Shown: positions 53,161-63,518 of the stretch, piece after piece
Position numbering within the stretch: the first letter of the stretch is position 1
Layout of the letters: every line of letters starts with the position of its first letter
Source: a phage
DNA length: 64,000 nt
Sequence record: PZ445428.1
Reading direction: 5' to 3' (one strand)
Translations under genes and position numbers: made by a program
The notes under the pieces: model-generated
The model's database searches: none
What the model saw: only the letters and a program-made list of their open reading frames with translations
What the model was told of the DNA's origin: nothing

Positions 53161-53193
53161 TAAAAGGGAAAAGGCGGGGCAAACTACCCCGCC
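53161..53193 (-). terminator. rho-independent terminator (minus strand)
   Basis: GGCGGGG-caaacta-CCCCGCC hairpin with A-run on plus strand to the left. Confidence 0.55.
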
Positions 53194-53202
53194 CGATTAT
53201 TA

Positions 53203-54210
53203 TTACTCGCTTTCGGCGTTTTGGGTAAAGGTGGAAATGTCAATGCCTTTTACCATTTCGTCGATCATTTCAGCGATGTTAAAAGATTGTACCATTTCTA
53301 ACATTGCCGCTTCCATTGCCGCGCCTGCTACTGCTTTAGCTTTTGCGTTAGTCGGGGCGTACTGGTCAACCGCTACGCTTAACAGGTTAGCGATCACTAC
53401 GCGGCCAATCGGCGTATCAATATAACCTTTAATCATAAACGGTGCTTTTTTCGCCGCTACTTTTGTGATTTGAGTCAAAGCAATTTTACCCGCTTCCAGT
53501 TTAGCAGCGTTTACAACGGCGGATTTATTAGCGGCGATGATAGAAGTTACTTTAGACATAGTGTTATTTCCTTTATTTTCAGTAGTTTGCGCAATTGCGC
53601 TTGAAGTTTGAGTGTTAGAGCTTACAGCTTGTTTAGCTACGTTGTCAACTGGTTTTAATGTAAATCCAGATTTTGCGACATTCATCACATTATCCTCATC
53701 CTCAAAATAACTTTGAGGAAACAACATGTTACCTGTCGAACGTTCAAAACACAATACGCCGGTAGTAGAAATTGAATCATCTTTCGCGCGGCTAATATGT
53801 GTACCACACTCGCCCCAAATGCTAGACAATAAATCTTCTACACTGCTAGAGTTAATATTAGATACCCGAACGCCGAAAACTTGATCTTTATCCTGTACAT
53901 TATAACCACGGGCAAGATAACCGCGATCGTCATGACCTACAATGATAAAATCAATATTGTTTTCACGGCGATTATTAAAGATGAAATAATCACGGTTATA
54001 TAATACTAAAATCCGCGTAGGATCAAGTAATTGTGTGAAATCATCAATTGAATAATCCACCTCACAATCATCTAAAATCATGCTGTGGATTTGTTCAACC
54101 TTTGCCGCCGTATGGTGAACGCTTGCCGCGCTACTACCATCTAGCAGATTGCGCAAACTACCTTTTAAAATAGTTGCGTTTTCTGGTACTGCAATTCTGG
54201 TCAAAGACAT
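53203..54210 (-). CDS. hypothetical protein (335 aa)
   Basis: ORF track; GAGGGAG RBS; Ala/Lys-rich C-terminal half. Confidence 0.6.
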   Translation of the reverse strand: MSLTRIAVPENATILKGSLRNLLDGSSAASVHHTAAKVEQIHSMILDDCEVDYSIDDFTQLLDPTRILVLYNRDYFIFNNRRENNIDFIIVGHDDRGYLARGYNVQDKDQVFGVRVSNINSSSVEDLLSSIWGECGTHISRAKDDSISTTGVLCFERSTGNMLFPQSYFEDEDNVMNVAKSGFTLKPVDNVAKQAVSSNTQTSSAIAQTTENKGNNTMSKVTSIIAANKSAVVNAAKLEAGKIALTQITKVAAKKAPFMIKGYIDTPIGRVVIANLLSVAVDQYAPTNAKAKAVAGAAMEAAMLEMVQSFNIAEMIDEMVKGIDISTFTQNAESE

Positions 54211-54392
54211 TTCTTTGTCTCCCTCGTTAATCGGTGAGTGAATGATATAGATATTTGTTCACTATGGGCAACGTTTATTTTACCTTTTTATTTTTCTTGC
54301 TCAAATCGAAAAAGTATGCTAACCGCGCGTTTTCTATTTCTAGCTCTCTGTAAGCGTACACAAGGCTTTATTATAATAAGGGTAACAGTGAG

Positions 54393-54430
54393 AAAACCGC
54401 TTAGAATCGATTCTAGACCGCTTAAAATTG
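54393..54430 (-). repeat. inverted copy of TTCTAAGCGG-family repeat
   Basis: AAACCGCTTAGAATCGATTCTAGACCGCTTAAAA. Confidence 0.45.
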
Positions 54431-54930
54431 ATTGCGGTTGTTAGTGCTACCTATTTACCCTGTATATTTATACAGTAGGATAACCTGTTTATAAGTCTGT
54501 AGATAAGTCCTCTTATCTCTGCCTATTGCGTCAAGTTATTTTGTGCTGTGTATAACTTTGGGGATAAGTTAAATGATAGTGGTTCTCACTTAGCCCGATA
54601 GTTTCTCATAGTTATTATTTCTCATTAATTTATATGTATATTATATATTATGGAATAGTTAGTTGGCTAATAGGATTTTCCGTGATTAATAGTCTGCTAA
54701 TGATAACGCATGTTACAATCCACCAGCGCGATTACCATCCTAGCGACTGTTAGCGTGCTAATGATCCATAACGTTACCAATTCTTAAATGATACTCATTC
54801 TCATTGTAGGAAAGTTACGAAATGCTGTTATAAAGCAACATGTCAATAGCAAAGCGGGTAAGGCATAAAAATAAATTTTGTCAATACCCGAAAGTTATTA
54901 AATGTGGTGTGAATAAGTTATCAACAGGGT

Positions 54931-54968
54931 CTAAAACGCTCTGTAAGCGATTCTAAGCGCTTTTGATG
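54931..54968 (+). repeat. copy B of ~30-bp repeat, preceded by DnaA-box-like TTATCAACA
   Basis: CTAAAACGCTCTGTAAGCGATTCTAAGCGCTTTTGATG; TTATCAACA at about 54918. Confidence 0.55.
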
Positions 54969-55377
54969 AAAAGCTATCCCATCATAAGGGGACTATACCG
55001 AACGCCTCACCACGAGGATTTTAGATTTTGTCAAGTACCCTAGAGCAGATATAAATGAAAAAATTACTTGCTTAAATGGTTGTTTTCGTGTTATTCGCGC
55101 GCCCGTTTCATTAAATTTAGTGCCTTGCTGGACGTTTGCGGAGACTGGTTTTCTTTACGTTTCTTTACAAAAATAAGGTTGCGCCATTTTCGGGAATAAC
55201 CTATTATTTATCTCGTAGGACGGCAAGACGGAAACGAAAGGCCAGAATACACGGTAAGGATAACAGCGATTGACAGTCTGTATGACCTTTCAAAACCTTA
55301 CCACGCTCTTTAAAAATCAGGTACAAGATACATATTAAAGCCTATCGGCTTACTCCACTAAACAAGGATAAGACGAT

Positions 55378-55569
55378 ATGAGAGAAAAACTGTATGATGC
55401 GACTATTTCAAATGAAATCAGGACGCTAGATAAAATTACAGTAGAACAAGCCGAAAATGTGATTAAATTTGTTGAAAAATATGATGGTGAATGTTTCTTT
55501 ATAAGAGACGATATCTACGCATGTTGTTACAAATCACATAATTTTTCAGTTACTCATAAAGGTTTATAA
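55378..55569 (+). CDS. hypothetical protein (63 aa)
   Basis: ORF track. Confidence 0.45.
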   Translation: MREKLYDATISNEIRTLDKITVEQAENVIKFVEKYDGECFFIRDDIYACCYKSHNFSVTHKGL

Positions 55570-55570
55570 T

Positions 55571-55780
55571 ATGAAACAATCTCTTTTGCTAACGGGTAAA
55601 CCTGCTAGCCCATTAAACAGCAGAACAAAAAAGCTCTTGACAGTAGCGCAACAATCCGTAAAATACAGATTCAAGCAATACAAGAAAGGCAAGCAACAAG
55701 GTTTAGAAATGGTGTGGCGTAATATAATGATTGATTTATATAACTCACATCAAATCGAAAAAAGTTTAAAAAACGCTTGA
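55571..55780 (+). CDS. hypothetical basic protein (69 aa)
   Basis: ORF track. Confidence 0.45.
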   Translation: MKQSLLLTGKPASPLNSRTKKLLTVAQQSVKYRFKQYKKGKQQGLEMVWRNIMIDLYNSHQIEKSLKNA

Positions 55781-55962
55781 CGCTCCAGCCGATAGGCTCT
55801 AATATGTATCTCGTACCACGGCGAATGACAAAACGCCCTGCTCTTTAAAAATTTGGATAACGGTAATGTTTAGGCTAACTCCTAGCGGATTATAATCTAA
55901 TACCGATTTAAAACATCAAATCGGTATTGTGGAATAATCCCCAATAAACCGGAGTATTAAAA

Positions 55963-56214
55963 ATGCAAAACGTTATTACCGCGCCGAAAGTTGGTCAATC
56001 TGTATTCATTCCTTTTGTTACTAAAACGGATGAATTAACCGGAAAAGCCGAACGTATTAAAGGTGCGGCGCTTGATCCTTTCGATAAAATCGAAGCGGTC
56101 TATGCGGAAACGGAACGCAGTAACCACGGCAAGCCGATTTATAACGTCCGTGTTAAATCAGGCGACGTTGTAAAGATCATTCAAAAAGATGATAAATGGC
56201 AAGCTATCGCATAA
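55963..56214 (+). CDS. hypothetical protein (83 aa)
   Basis: ORF track; GGAGTATTAAAA before ATG. Confidence 0.5.
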   Translation: MQNVITAPKVGQSVFIPFVTKTDELTGKAERIKGAALDPFDKIEAVYAETERSNHGKPIYNVRVKSGDVVKIIQKDDKWQAIA

Positions 56215-56470
56215 TAAGCGGTAACGATTTTAAATTAAAATATCATGCTTAGAGCGGCAATTATGAGCTAACTCGAAGTAATAGCGAGAAATTACCATAC
56301 CAGTGAAAGTGATAAAAGCTATCGGTTATAACCTTTAGCGCCTTAATTGGCTTTAAATTGAAAACTATAATCTAGAGTTTTCGTTATATATTTCGTGACT
56401 ATATACCGGAATATATAGCGGCTAATTCTAGCCATAATCCCTTAATTAAAAATTGAATGGAGTATTAAAT

Positions 56471-56887
56471 ATGTCTAACGTTAAAACCGAAAAAACCGCA
56501 AAATTCTCTTGGAACGAAGAAAACACCGAAAAAGCGGTATCAATGTATAATACTTTCGTAAAAGATAGCGGCATTGAATTTGCTAACACTGACGGCTTAA
56601 AAGAAATTGCCGCCGCCGTTGGCGCTGCAAGTCCTGTTTCTGTACGTTCTAAATTGACAAGCGCGAAAGCGTATCAGAAAAGCGATAAACCGCGTAAAGT
56701 TGGCGGCGGGTCTAGTGTCCGTAAAGCTCACTATGTACGCGTCATTGCTAAACACGCCATTGATTCAGGTATCGTAAAAGATGCTGACGATCTGGCATCG
56801 CTGGAAAGTGCAAAATTGGAAACGCTGGACGCGGTAGCGCAATTGCTCGGCGTAGCGGAGGAAGTAAAACAGGCCGCAGGTGAATAA
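56471..56887 (+). CDS. hypothetical protein (138 aa); possible A2-like pre-early protein
   Basis: ORF track 56453..56887 trimmed to ATG after AATGGAGT; size and position relative to A1-like gene fit T5 A2 (inference only). Confidence 0.4.
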   Translation: MSNVKTEKTAKFSWNEENTEKAVSMYNTFVKDSGIEFANTDGLKEIAAAVGAASPVSVRSKLTSAKAYQKSDKPRKVGGGSSVRKAHYVRVIAKHAIDSGIVKDADDLASLESAKLETLDAVAQLLGVAEEVKQAAGE

Positions 56888-56936
56888 ATTTTAATTAGCG
56901 GGGAATATTCCCCGCTATCCCTGAAAGGAGAATAAA

Positions 56937-57164
56937 TTGATTTTCTATCCTAGCGAGTCGCTAATATTAGGTTTATTCCTGATAGCGGTTATATTTATCT
57001 TTAATTACGGTAAATATATAATTGCAATAATCGGTATTAATTCAGTATATGCCGCCGATAAATTTAAACGATCGGCAAATGTGCAAAAGTATTTAGCCAT
57101 TATCTTTTTAACGCTGGCTATAGCTTGCGGTTTTAGTTCTAGTCTAGTGCCTATATTAGAATAA
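56937..57164 (+). CDS. small membrane protein (75 aa), TTG start
   Basis: ORF track; AAAGGAGA RBS. Confidence 0.35.
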   Translation: MIFYPSESLILGLFLIAVIFIFNYGKYIIAIIGINSVYAADKFKRSANVQKYLAIIFLTLAIACGFSSSLVPILE

Positions 57165-57270
57165 TATTGCAAATTATAACGCCTTTAAAAGTCCCCACTT
57201 CGGGTAAGGCGTTATATTTGGCAATATTGCCAGTATTAATAATTATCCCTTTAATGGAGTTGAATTAGTT

Positions 57271-58935
57271 ATGAATATTTCCGCTGAAAAACAAGCTCAA
57301 ATCGTTAAACTTGCTGCTGATTTTAATTTCTACGGTAAACGTTTACGCGCTACTAAGCTGGAAGTGTGCGACGATATTTCAAAAGCTGTTTACGATACAA
57401 CGAAACATTCAACCGCAATCTGTGACTGGCTGGAAGCAAACAAGCCAGCAAAACCAAAAGCGGCAAAAGCTGAAAAGGCGATTAAAAATGATGATCGCCC
57501 CGAAGCGGCAGGGATTGTTTCTAGTACCGTTGAACAATGGGAAGTTAAATCCGGTCGCCGTTTTATTCTAACGTCGATTCAAAATAACACTTTCCCGCAT
57601 AAAAACTTTTTAGCAAGTCTGGAAAAATTCGCTGATTATATCGGCGCTGAATTGCTGATTAGTAAATTCATTTACAATAAAAACGGCTTCCAGAATGGTG
57701 AAGGTAGCGACGGCATTAAATACGATCCCGCATTTAATAAATATATTTGCGAGAAAAACGTATTTTTGAATAATCGCCGCTTTGCTTTCATGGCTGAAAT
57801 TAACGTATTACCAACGGCAGATTATCCGCTTTCAGGATTCGCAGAAACCGCCACGGCTTTAAATATTGAAGGTTTGGCAATCGGTCACGCTAAAATCACC
57901 GCTGAAAGTGTGCCAGCGTTAAAAGGTGAAATTGTGCGCCGTATGTATTCAACCGGAACGGCTACGCTTAAAAACTACATCCAGCAGAAAGCAGGTCAAA
58001 AAGCTGAAGCGTTACATAATTTCGGCGCTTTGCTGGTGGAGTTCGACGACGACGGCGAATTTTTTGTTCGCCAGCTTGAAACAATGGATGAAAGCGGAAT
58101 GTTCTATGATTTGAATATTTGCGCCACTCCTAGCGGTTGCAAAGAAATTACAGGACACGTTTTAGGCTTGCAATATGGCGATATTCATGCCGAAAAATTA
58201 GATGATGAATGTGCCGTTGCGTCATGGGCTAGTGAAAATTCATTGCTGGATATTCTTAAACCGAAATATCAGTTTATTCATGATGTGCATGATTTTACAT
58301 CCCGCAATCACCATAACCGCGCAAGTGGTGTATTCCTTGCTAAACAGTACGCCGCAGGACGTGACAAAGTTCTGGATGATCTAATTGATACGGGTCGCGT
58401 ATTGGAATCAATGGAGCGTGATTTTAGTCAGACAATCATTGTTGAATCTAACCATGATTTAGCGCTTTCACGCTGGCTTGATGATCGCAACGCTAACATT
58501 AAGGACGATCCCGCAAACGCCGAACTATATCACCGCCTGAATGCAGCCATTTACGCCGCAATCGGTGAACGTGATGAAACGTTTAACGTGTTAGATTACG
58601 CGCTTAGAAACGTTGCTGGCTGCGAATTTAACGCCATATTCCTGACTACTGACCAGTCGTTTAAAATCGCTGGCATTGAATGCGGCGTACATGGTCACAA
58701 CGGCATTAACGGCAGTCGTGGCAATCCTAAGCAGTTTAAGAAACTTGGACGCCTTAACACTGGTCACACTCACACGGCTAGTATTTACGGCGGCGTTTAT
58801 ACCGCTGGCGTTGCTGGTAATCTTGATATGGGCTACAACGTCGGCGCTAGTAGCTGGACGCAAACGCATTTAATTACCTATGCAAACGGTCAAAGAACAT
58901 TGATTGACTTTAAGAATGGTAAATTCTTTGCATAA
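57271..58935 (+). CDS. A1: A1-like pre-early protein (metallophosphoesterase-type nuclease domain)
   Basis: 554-aa ORF with GDIHAE and HD..H metallophosphatase-like motifs; size close to T5 A1 and adjacent to dmp-like gene. Confidence 0.6.
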   Translation: MNISAEKQAQIVKLAADFNFYGKRLRATKLEVCDDISKAVYDTTKHSTAICDWLEANKPAKPKAAKAEKAIKNDDRPEAAGIVSSTVEQWEVKSGRRFILTSIQNNTFPHKNFLASLEKFADYIGAELLISKFIYNKNGFQNGEGSDGIKYDPAFNKYICEKNVFLNNRRFAFMAEINVLPTADYPLSGFAETATALNIEGLAIGHAKITAESVPALKGEIVRRMYSTGTATLKNYIQQKAGQKAEALHNFGALLVEFDDDGEFFVRQLETMDESGMFYDLNICATPSGCKEITGHVLGLQYGDIHAEKLDDECAVASWASENSLLDILKPKYQFIHDVHDFTSRNHHNRASGVFLAKQYAAGRDKVLDDLIDTGRVLESMERDFSQTIIVESNHDLALSRWLDDRNANIKDDPANAELYHRLNAAIYAAIGERDETFNVLDYALRNVAGCEFNAIFLTTDQSFKIAGIECGVHGHNGINGSRGNPKQFKKLGRLNTGHTHTASIYGGVYTAGVAGNLDMGYNVGASSWTQTHLITYANGQRTLIDFKNGKFFA

Positions 58936-58987
58936 TTAAATTTAATCGGCGGTTGAAATATACCGCCATTAATAAAAGGATAATTAA

Positions 58988-59260
58988 ATGTCTATTAAAA
59001 TTAATATTCCATCTAGTAAAAACGTGTCAGATGTTTACGATATTAGCCAGATAAGGCAGGGCACTGTATATCAAAATATTAAAGATGGTGAATGTTATAT
59101 TTACCAGAATGAATTAAACGGTCATTCATATATTATTGAATCACACGATTTTTATTCTTTTGAAACTGACCACGAGGCAAGGGAATTTATTTCTGATAAT
59201 GATTTGCCTGACGCATGGAAAGAAACAAATCTAAACTTTGTTGTAAGTTTAGAAAAATAA
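58988..59260 (+). CDS. hypothetical protein (90 aa)
   Basis: ORF track. Confidence 0.45.
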   Translation: MSIKINIPSSKNVSDVYDISQIRQGTVYQNIKDGECYIYQNELNGHSYIIESHDFYSFETDHEAREFISDNDLPDAWKETNLNFVVSLEK

Positions 59261-59296
59261 ATTAATCCCGTAATTAAATAATCTGGAGTTATAAAC

Positions 59297-59689
59297 ATGA
59301 AACAATCAAACATTCCTTTTGATCGCGCCGCTTCTTCAATCGTTCTGGTTTATTCTAATGGTGAACGCTATCACGTTGAATCAGGTCATGTTATCGACGA
59401 TTTGCTAAACTATAACGAAGCGTTACAGGTTACAACGTTTGCATATATGACAGGGAAAGCGGCAAGCCATATTAAAGCAAAAGGCGTTTATGTCGATACA
59501 ATCAAACAAGAAACGATTATTATCGATGCTGTTAAATCCGGTCTAGCGTTTGCAGTTGTCGCGCCGTGTCTCGGTTGCCTTGATGATCAAATGGTATCGG
59601 CAAAGGTCTACACTTGCGCGGGGATTCGTTCTAGCGTATCCGGTGAAGATGTTAGCTTTATTGCTGATGCTCTCGCTTTTGGTCTGTAA
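59297..59689 (+). CDS. hypothetical protein (130 aa)
   Basis: ORF track. Confidence 0.5.
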   Translation: MKQSNIPFDRAASSIVLVYSNGERYHVESGHVIDDLLNYNEALQVTTFAYMTGKAASHIKAKGVYVDTIKQETIIIDAVKSGLAFAVVAPCLGCLDDQMVSAKVYTCAGIRSSVSGEDVSFIADALAFGL

Positions 59690-59778
59690 TAGTTAATTGA
59701 ACATTGCCAGCTAATCTAATATAATTAGCTGGCAAGATTGAATTAATAACCCAGTCCCTTAAATGGAGAAAGTAACAA

Positions 59779-60513
59779 ATGAATCAAGTTAACATGAATA
59801 TTACCCGCACTTTCCCGCATATTTCCCGCGTTATGATTTGGGATTTAGACGGAACGGTTATAAATAGTTTTCATCGTGTAGCGCCTTGCTTTGATGATAA
59901 CGGGAATTTAGATTTAGTTAAGTATTCCCGCGAAGCCTGCAAACATGATTTAATTATGCAGGATTCTTTATTGCCATTGGTTGAATATATGCGCCAATGT
60001 ATGAATGATGCTAATACATTAAACATCATTTGCACCGCTCGCTTAATGTCTAAAAGCGATTATTTCTACTTACGTAAACAAGGTCTAAGAGGGCGCGGAA
60101 ATAGTAACATTCGCGTGTTTTCCCGAGATACATTACATAAATACTTTGAAGCGGAAAAGGTTAGCGATATATATCACAGCAAAGACGCTGTATATAAATC
60201 TTATTACTTTGAACTGTTTAAACAGCTATATCCGAACGCTGATTTTACGATGATTGATGATCATAAAGGCGTATTATCAGCAGCAGCAAACGCAGGATTT
60301 AAAACACTGGACGCTCAAGCCGTTAACGATATCCTATCAATCGGGGTAACATTGATCGGTGAAACCTTTATTGATGAATCGCTTGATGATGATAACGATT
60401 ATCAATTCCTAGCCGAACGTTTAAAAATGTGTTGGGAAGGTATGACCGAAGAAGAACGCAGCGAATATAGTACCACGCCGCAACAGTTCATTGATAAATT
60501 AAAAGTTGCCTAA
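59779..60513 (+). CDS. dmp: 5'-deoxyribonucleotidase-like HAD-family hydrolase
   Basis: 244-aa ORF; HAD motif I IWDLDGTVI near N-terminus; size matches T5 dmp. Confidence 0.6.
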   Translation: MNQVNMNITRTFPHISRVMIWDLDGTVINSFHRVAPCFDDNGNLDLVKYSREACKHDLIMQDSLLPLVEYMRQCMNDANTLNIICTARLMSKSDYFYLRKQGLRGRGNSNIRVFSRDTLHKYFEAEKVSDIYHSKDAVYKSYYFELFKQLYPNADFTMIDDHKGVLSAAANAGFKTLDAQAVNDILSIGVTLIGETFIDESLDDDNDYQFLAERLKMCWEGMTEEERSEYSTTPQQFIDKLKVA

Positions 60514-60677
60514 CAATTAAAAATAAAATAGTCACGGTGTGTAATGATAACATGCCGTGACTATTAGCTTGCTAAGTACCGGGGCGGTAATGAGACTCAT
60601 TCTCATCTGGGGAACCACTGGGCCCACCTCCATGTGTAATCTTATGAAATTTGGCAAAAAGGTAATTAGCGCTAAAC

Positions 60678-60923
60678 TTAGGAGGAACGCCTATCTACTG
60701 GCTTATCTCCCGATTCTGACATACGAAATCTCCTCCGAGAACTTCTTGAGCCATCGCTCCACTCCCGCTCGAACTCCTCCCGTTTCTCCGCAAACCTCCT
60801 CTCTCTTTCCGAAAGCTCCCGCATCAGCCCCGAGACATATTCACGATGCCTGTTGATTGCCGCAGCCGTCCCGAAAATACCTGCAAGCACCCCGATAATA
60901 AATATGATTACTAAAGTTGACAT
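60678..60923 (-). CDS. small membrane protein (81 aa)
   Basis: ORF track 60678..60959 trimmed to internal ATG (MSTLVIIFIIG...). Confidence 0.35.
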   Translation of the reverse strand: MSTLVIIFIIGVLAGIFGTAAAINRHREYVSGLMRELSERERRFAEKREEFEREWSDGSRSSRRRFRMSESGDKPVDRRSS

Positions 60924-61031
60924 TATCCCACACACCCCGCCATTGCCGCAATAAACCAAACTACGAAAATTAGAAATAGTACAGTCCCGAATCCGAAACT
61001 ATTTATCCAACTCTCGTACACTTCCCCTCTT

Positions 61032-61310
61032 TTATTTCTTCTGTTGTCGTTTGACATCTCTTTGCTTCTCCTGTAAGCCTGGTATTTGGAAGATCCTAGA
61101 TATTGCACGAACCATTACGACTGTCCCGATAAGATCCATTACTTCATCGAAGCCGGATTCTTCTAGTAAGAAGGATGTTCCCATAACATCTTCCATTGTA
61201 TCTTGTATGACGTCTTGAATAATTTCGTTTATTGCATCATGTATTGCCTTTGTCTTGGGATCTAACTCTAGAGGTAGAGGTTCCTGAAAAGGCTTATCAT
61301 TTTCTTGCAT
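61032..61310 (-). CDS. hypothetical acidic protein (92 aa)
   Basis: ORF track. Confidence 0.4.
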   Translation of the reverse strand: MQENDKPFQEPLPLELDPKTKAIHDAINEIIQDVIQDTMEDVMGTSFLLEESGFDEVMDLIGTVVMVRAISRIFQIPGLQEKQRDVKRQQKK

Positions 61311-61384
61311 TGTGTTTGCTACCTGTACCTCATCCCAAAAATAAAAATTTTTGTTTACTTCGAGATCTTTTTAATTTATACTAA

Positions 61385-61651
61385 TTACAAGTATCCAGAT
61401 TGTTCGAGATTAAATTTACAATCACCGTATTTTAAATCGAATTGTGATAAGTCCCACCAACCAAATTTAGTACGCATCTGTACTTTAGGGAAACGATATC
61501 CTACTTCACGAACATCTCGGATTGTTAAGCTATAGTGACCCGACCCTGCTGCCCACGAAGTTTTCACATATGAAGTACAGAATGGTTTCGGTTGTGGTGC
61601 ACAGCCAGATAATAGTGTTATAGTAGCTAAAGCGATTAGTAACTTTTTCAT
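61385..61651 (-). CDS. llp: lipoprotein, Llp-like (putative lytic-conversion / receptor-blocking lipoprotein)
   Basis: ORF track 61385..61669 trimmed to ATG (MKKLLIALATITLLSGC...); lipobox LLSGC; divergent from adjacent receptor-binding protein gene as in T5 llp-oad. Confidence 0.5.
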   Translation of the reverse strand: MKKLLIALATITLLSGCAPQPKPFCTSYVKTSWAAGSGHYSLTIRDVREVGYRFPKVQMRTKFGWWDLSQFDLKYGDCKFNLEQSGYL

Positions 61652-61734
61652 TTTAGTTCTCCAGTTCAATTTATAAATATATTATAACAAAATAATAGGA
61701 ACAGAGCAACTACATTTTTAATTTAGGAGATTGT

Positions 61735-63507
61735 ATGGGTTTTTTCGCAGGAAAGTTTAGTGATGGTAAAACAGTATTATCACTAACAAACAATAATGGT
61801 GGAGACACCAATGAACATTACAGTCCTGGTGGTAATACAATATTTCACTCTGATATGCCCTTCGTTCTAGTAGACGGGACATATGAGGCTGCTCTAGGTA
61901 ACGCCGGTAATGGGTATTTTGTTTGTGCGATGCCTTCTGATATCATTAATATGAAGTCTAATGATCCTGGTAGAGTAATCCTTACTGCTATTGAGATTAA
62001 TGGTACGCATAGGGGGTTCCTCAATGGTACACAATCGCAAGTAGGTCAGTATCTTACTTTTGCAGAAGAGCCATCACGCGCATTTGCTGCTGTTGGATTA
62101 AGTTCAGCTTTTGCTATTGGGGATAGTTTGGCTAGTGGTACATATATATACAATAGTTTAATAGGTCATGAAGAATCTATAGCGCGTCAAGGTACTGGTG
62201 GTACACTAATTCAGGGTTCTGATTTTGGTATAGTAAGGCCAGGTGGATTTGTACCTGCAGGTGAAGCTATTGCAGGGGCTTATGATTTACTAGGCTTCCC
62301 CAAAGGGTCTAGTACTGTACCTTTGGATGGTGGAAATGCTAAATACTGGGATCCGAACTGGTATAACCCTATTGGGTCTGCTGGTAGGGGGCATAATCAT
62401 TTTTATGTGTGTAGCTCTAACATTCGTAGCTACATCGGAAAGAAAAGAGAAGTTCCTGCGAATACTAACGTATTCTATAACCCTAGTACTCTAGTTTACG
62501 CATGTAGGGGATCCGCTAGTAACATGGCTAGTCAGTCTGTTAACACCGTTTATGTTCAGGATTGGTATAATATTACTCCGACCAAAGTTATTTGGTATGT
62601 ACTGAATCTACGTTATTCAAATGGTAATATGGGAGTTTCTGGAACTCCCTTTACTGGTTCTGATATACTTATTTCCCCCTCTAATTTTACTATTAAAGGT
62701 GTTAGTCTCCCTAACACAGGATATAAGTTCATTAACCAGAATGCTTTTGGGAACTTGGGTTATCGTCCTGACATGGAGTACGTGGGTAATAATGCTGCGT
62801 ATACTGGAGTTTTTGGCGATACAACCGCTAGATGTGAGTTCATTGGCTCTAATAATGGTAGTCTATGGTCCCCTGTAAACTACGGAGGTGCTGCCTCCCA
62901 GATTAGTATATACAAGTTTAATGCGGGTAAACAGTGGTACGTAGATACTAATACTAACTCTATTGGCAACGAACATGGGGCTGTGTGGAGTCCAAGTACA
63001 GTTCCTCTCAGATTATTTCCAAATAACGTGGCTAGTACGTATGTTGGGGATGATATTACTCCTTCGTACCCAGGTACTGGAGATTACTATCTTCCTCTAT
63101 CAACTGTTTGGTTGGGGCTACCTAATGCCCATTCTACTATCATCCTAACTACTGAAGTTATTATGGGTAATATTAATACTGCCGGACAACCAATACGTAC
63201 GTATGGTGGTAGTGCTTGGCAGGTACAGGGTAGGCGTCAACAGAGCTATACTGCGGGTGATGGAGTATTCCACCAAATATTGACTTTGCCACCTGGTTAC
63301 TTAGTACCTTATCATGGAACTTCTTCTTATAGCTATTGGCAATTATGGGGTAGTAGACCAGATATGGAATTCCGTAGAAACGGATATATCTACACAGTAA
63401 AGAACCTGGGTAATGGTAATGTCGAGTTCGGTGTAATTATACATGCTGGATCTCAGGCTGCTATATTCCTACCAAGACTACGTGTAACTGCACAGCGCCT
63501 GACCTAA
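61735..63507 (+). CDS. receptor-binding tail protein (pb5/Oad/Hrs-like)
   Basis: 590-aa Gly/Asn/Ser/Thr/Tyr-rich ORF next to llp-like gene; GGAGATTGT RBS. Confidence 0.55.
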   Translation: MGFFAGKFSDGKTVLSLTNNNGGDTNEHYSPGGNTIFHSDMPFVLVDGTYEAALGNAGNGYFVCAMPSDIINMKSNDPGRVILTAIEINGTHRGFLNGTQSQVGQYLTFAEEPSRAFAAVGLSSAFAIGDSLASGTYIYNSLIGHEESIARQGTGGTLIQGSDFGIVRPGGFVPAGEAIAGAYDLLGFPKGSSTVPLDGGNAKYWDPNWYNPIGSAGRGHNHFYVCSSNIRSYIGKKREVPANTNVFYNPSTLVYACRGSASNMASQSVNTVYVQDWYNITPTKVIWYVLNLRYSNGNMGVSGTPFTGSDILISPSNFTIKGVSLPNTGYKFINQNAFGNLGYRPDMEYVGNNAAYTGVFGDTTARCEFIGSNNGSLWSPVNYGGAASQISIYKFNAGKQWYVDTNTNSIGNEHGAVWSPSTVPLRLFPNNVASTYVGDDITPSYPGTGDYYLPLSTVWLGLPNAHSTIILTTEVIMGNINTAGQPIRTYGGSAWQVQGRRQQSYTAGDGVFHQILTLPPGYLVPYHGTSSYSYWQLWGSRPDMEFRRNGYIYTVKNLGNGNVEFGVIIHAGSQAAIFLPRLRVTAQRLT

Positions 63508-63518
63508 AGGAGGTAATT

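Noticed and set aside
54238-54444. 68-aa plus-strand ORF in the divergent intergenic region
   Set aside because: Lies in a repeat/promoter-rich non-coding region with no RBS; overlaps the inverted repeat element.
60923-61108. 61-aa minus-strand ORF (GTG start) between the small membrane genes
   Set aside because: Overlaps ORF 61032..61310 in another frame by 77 nt and has no RBS; kept out of the feature list as likely spurious.
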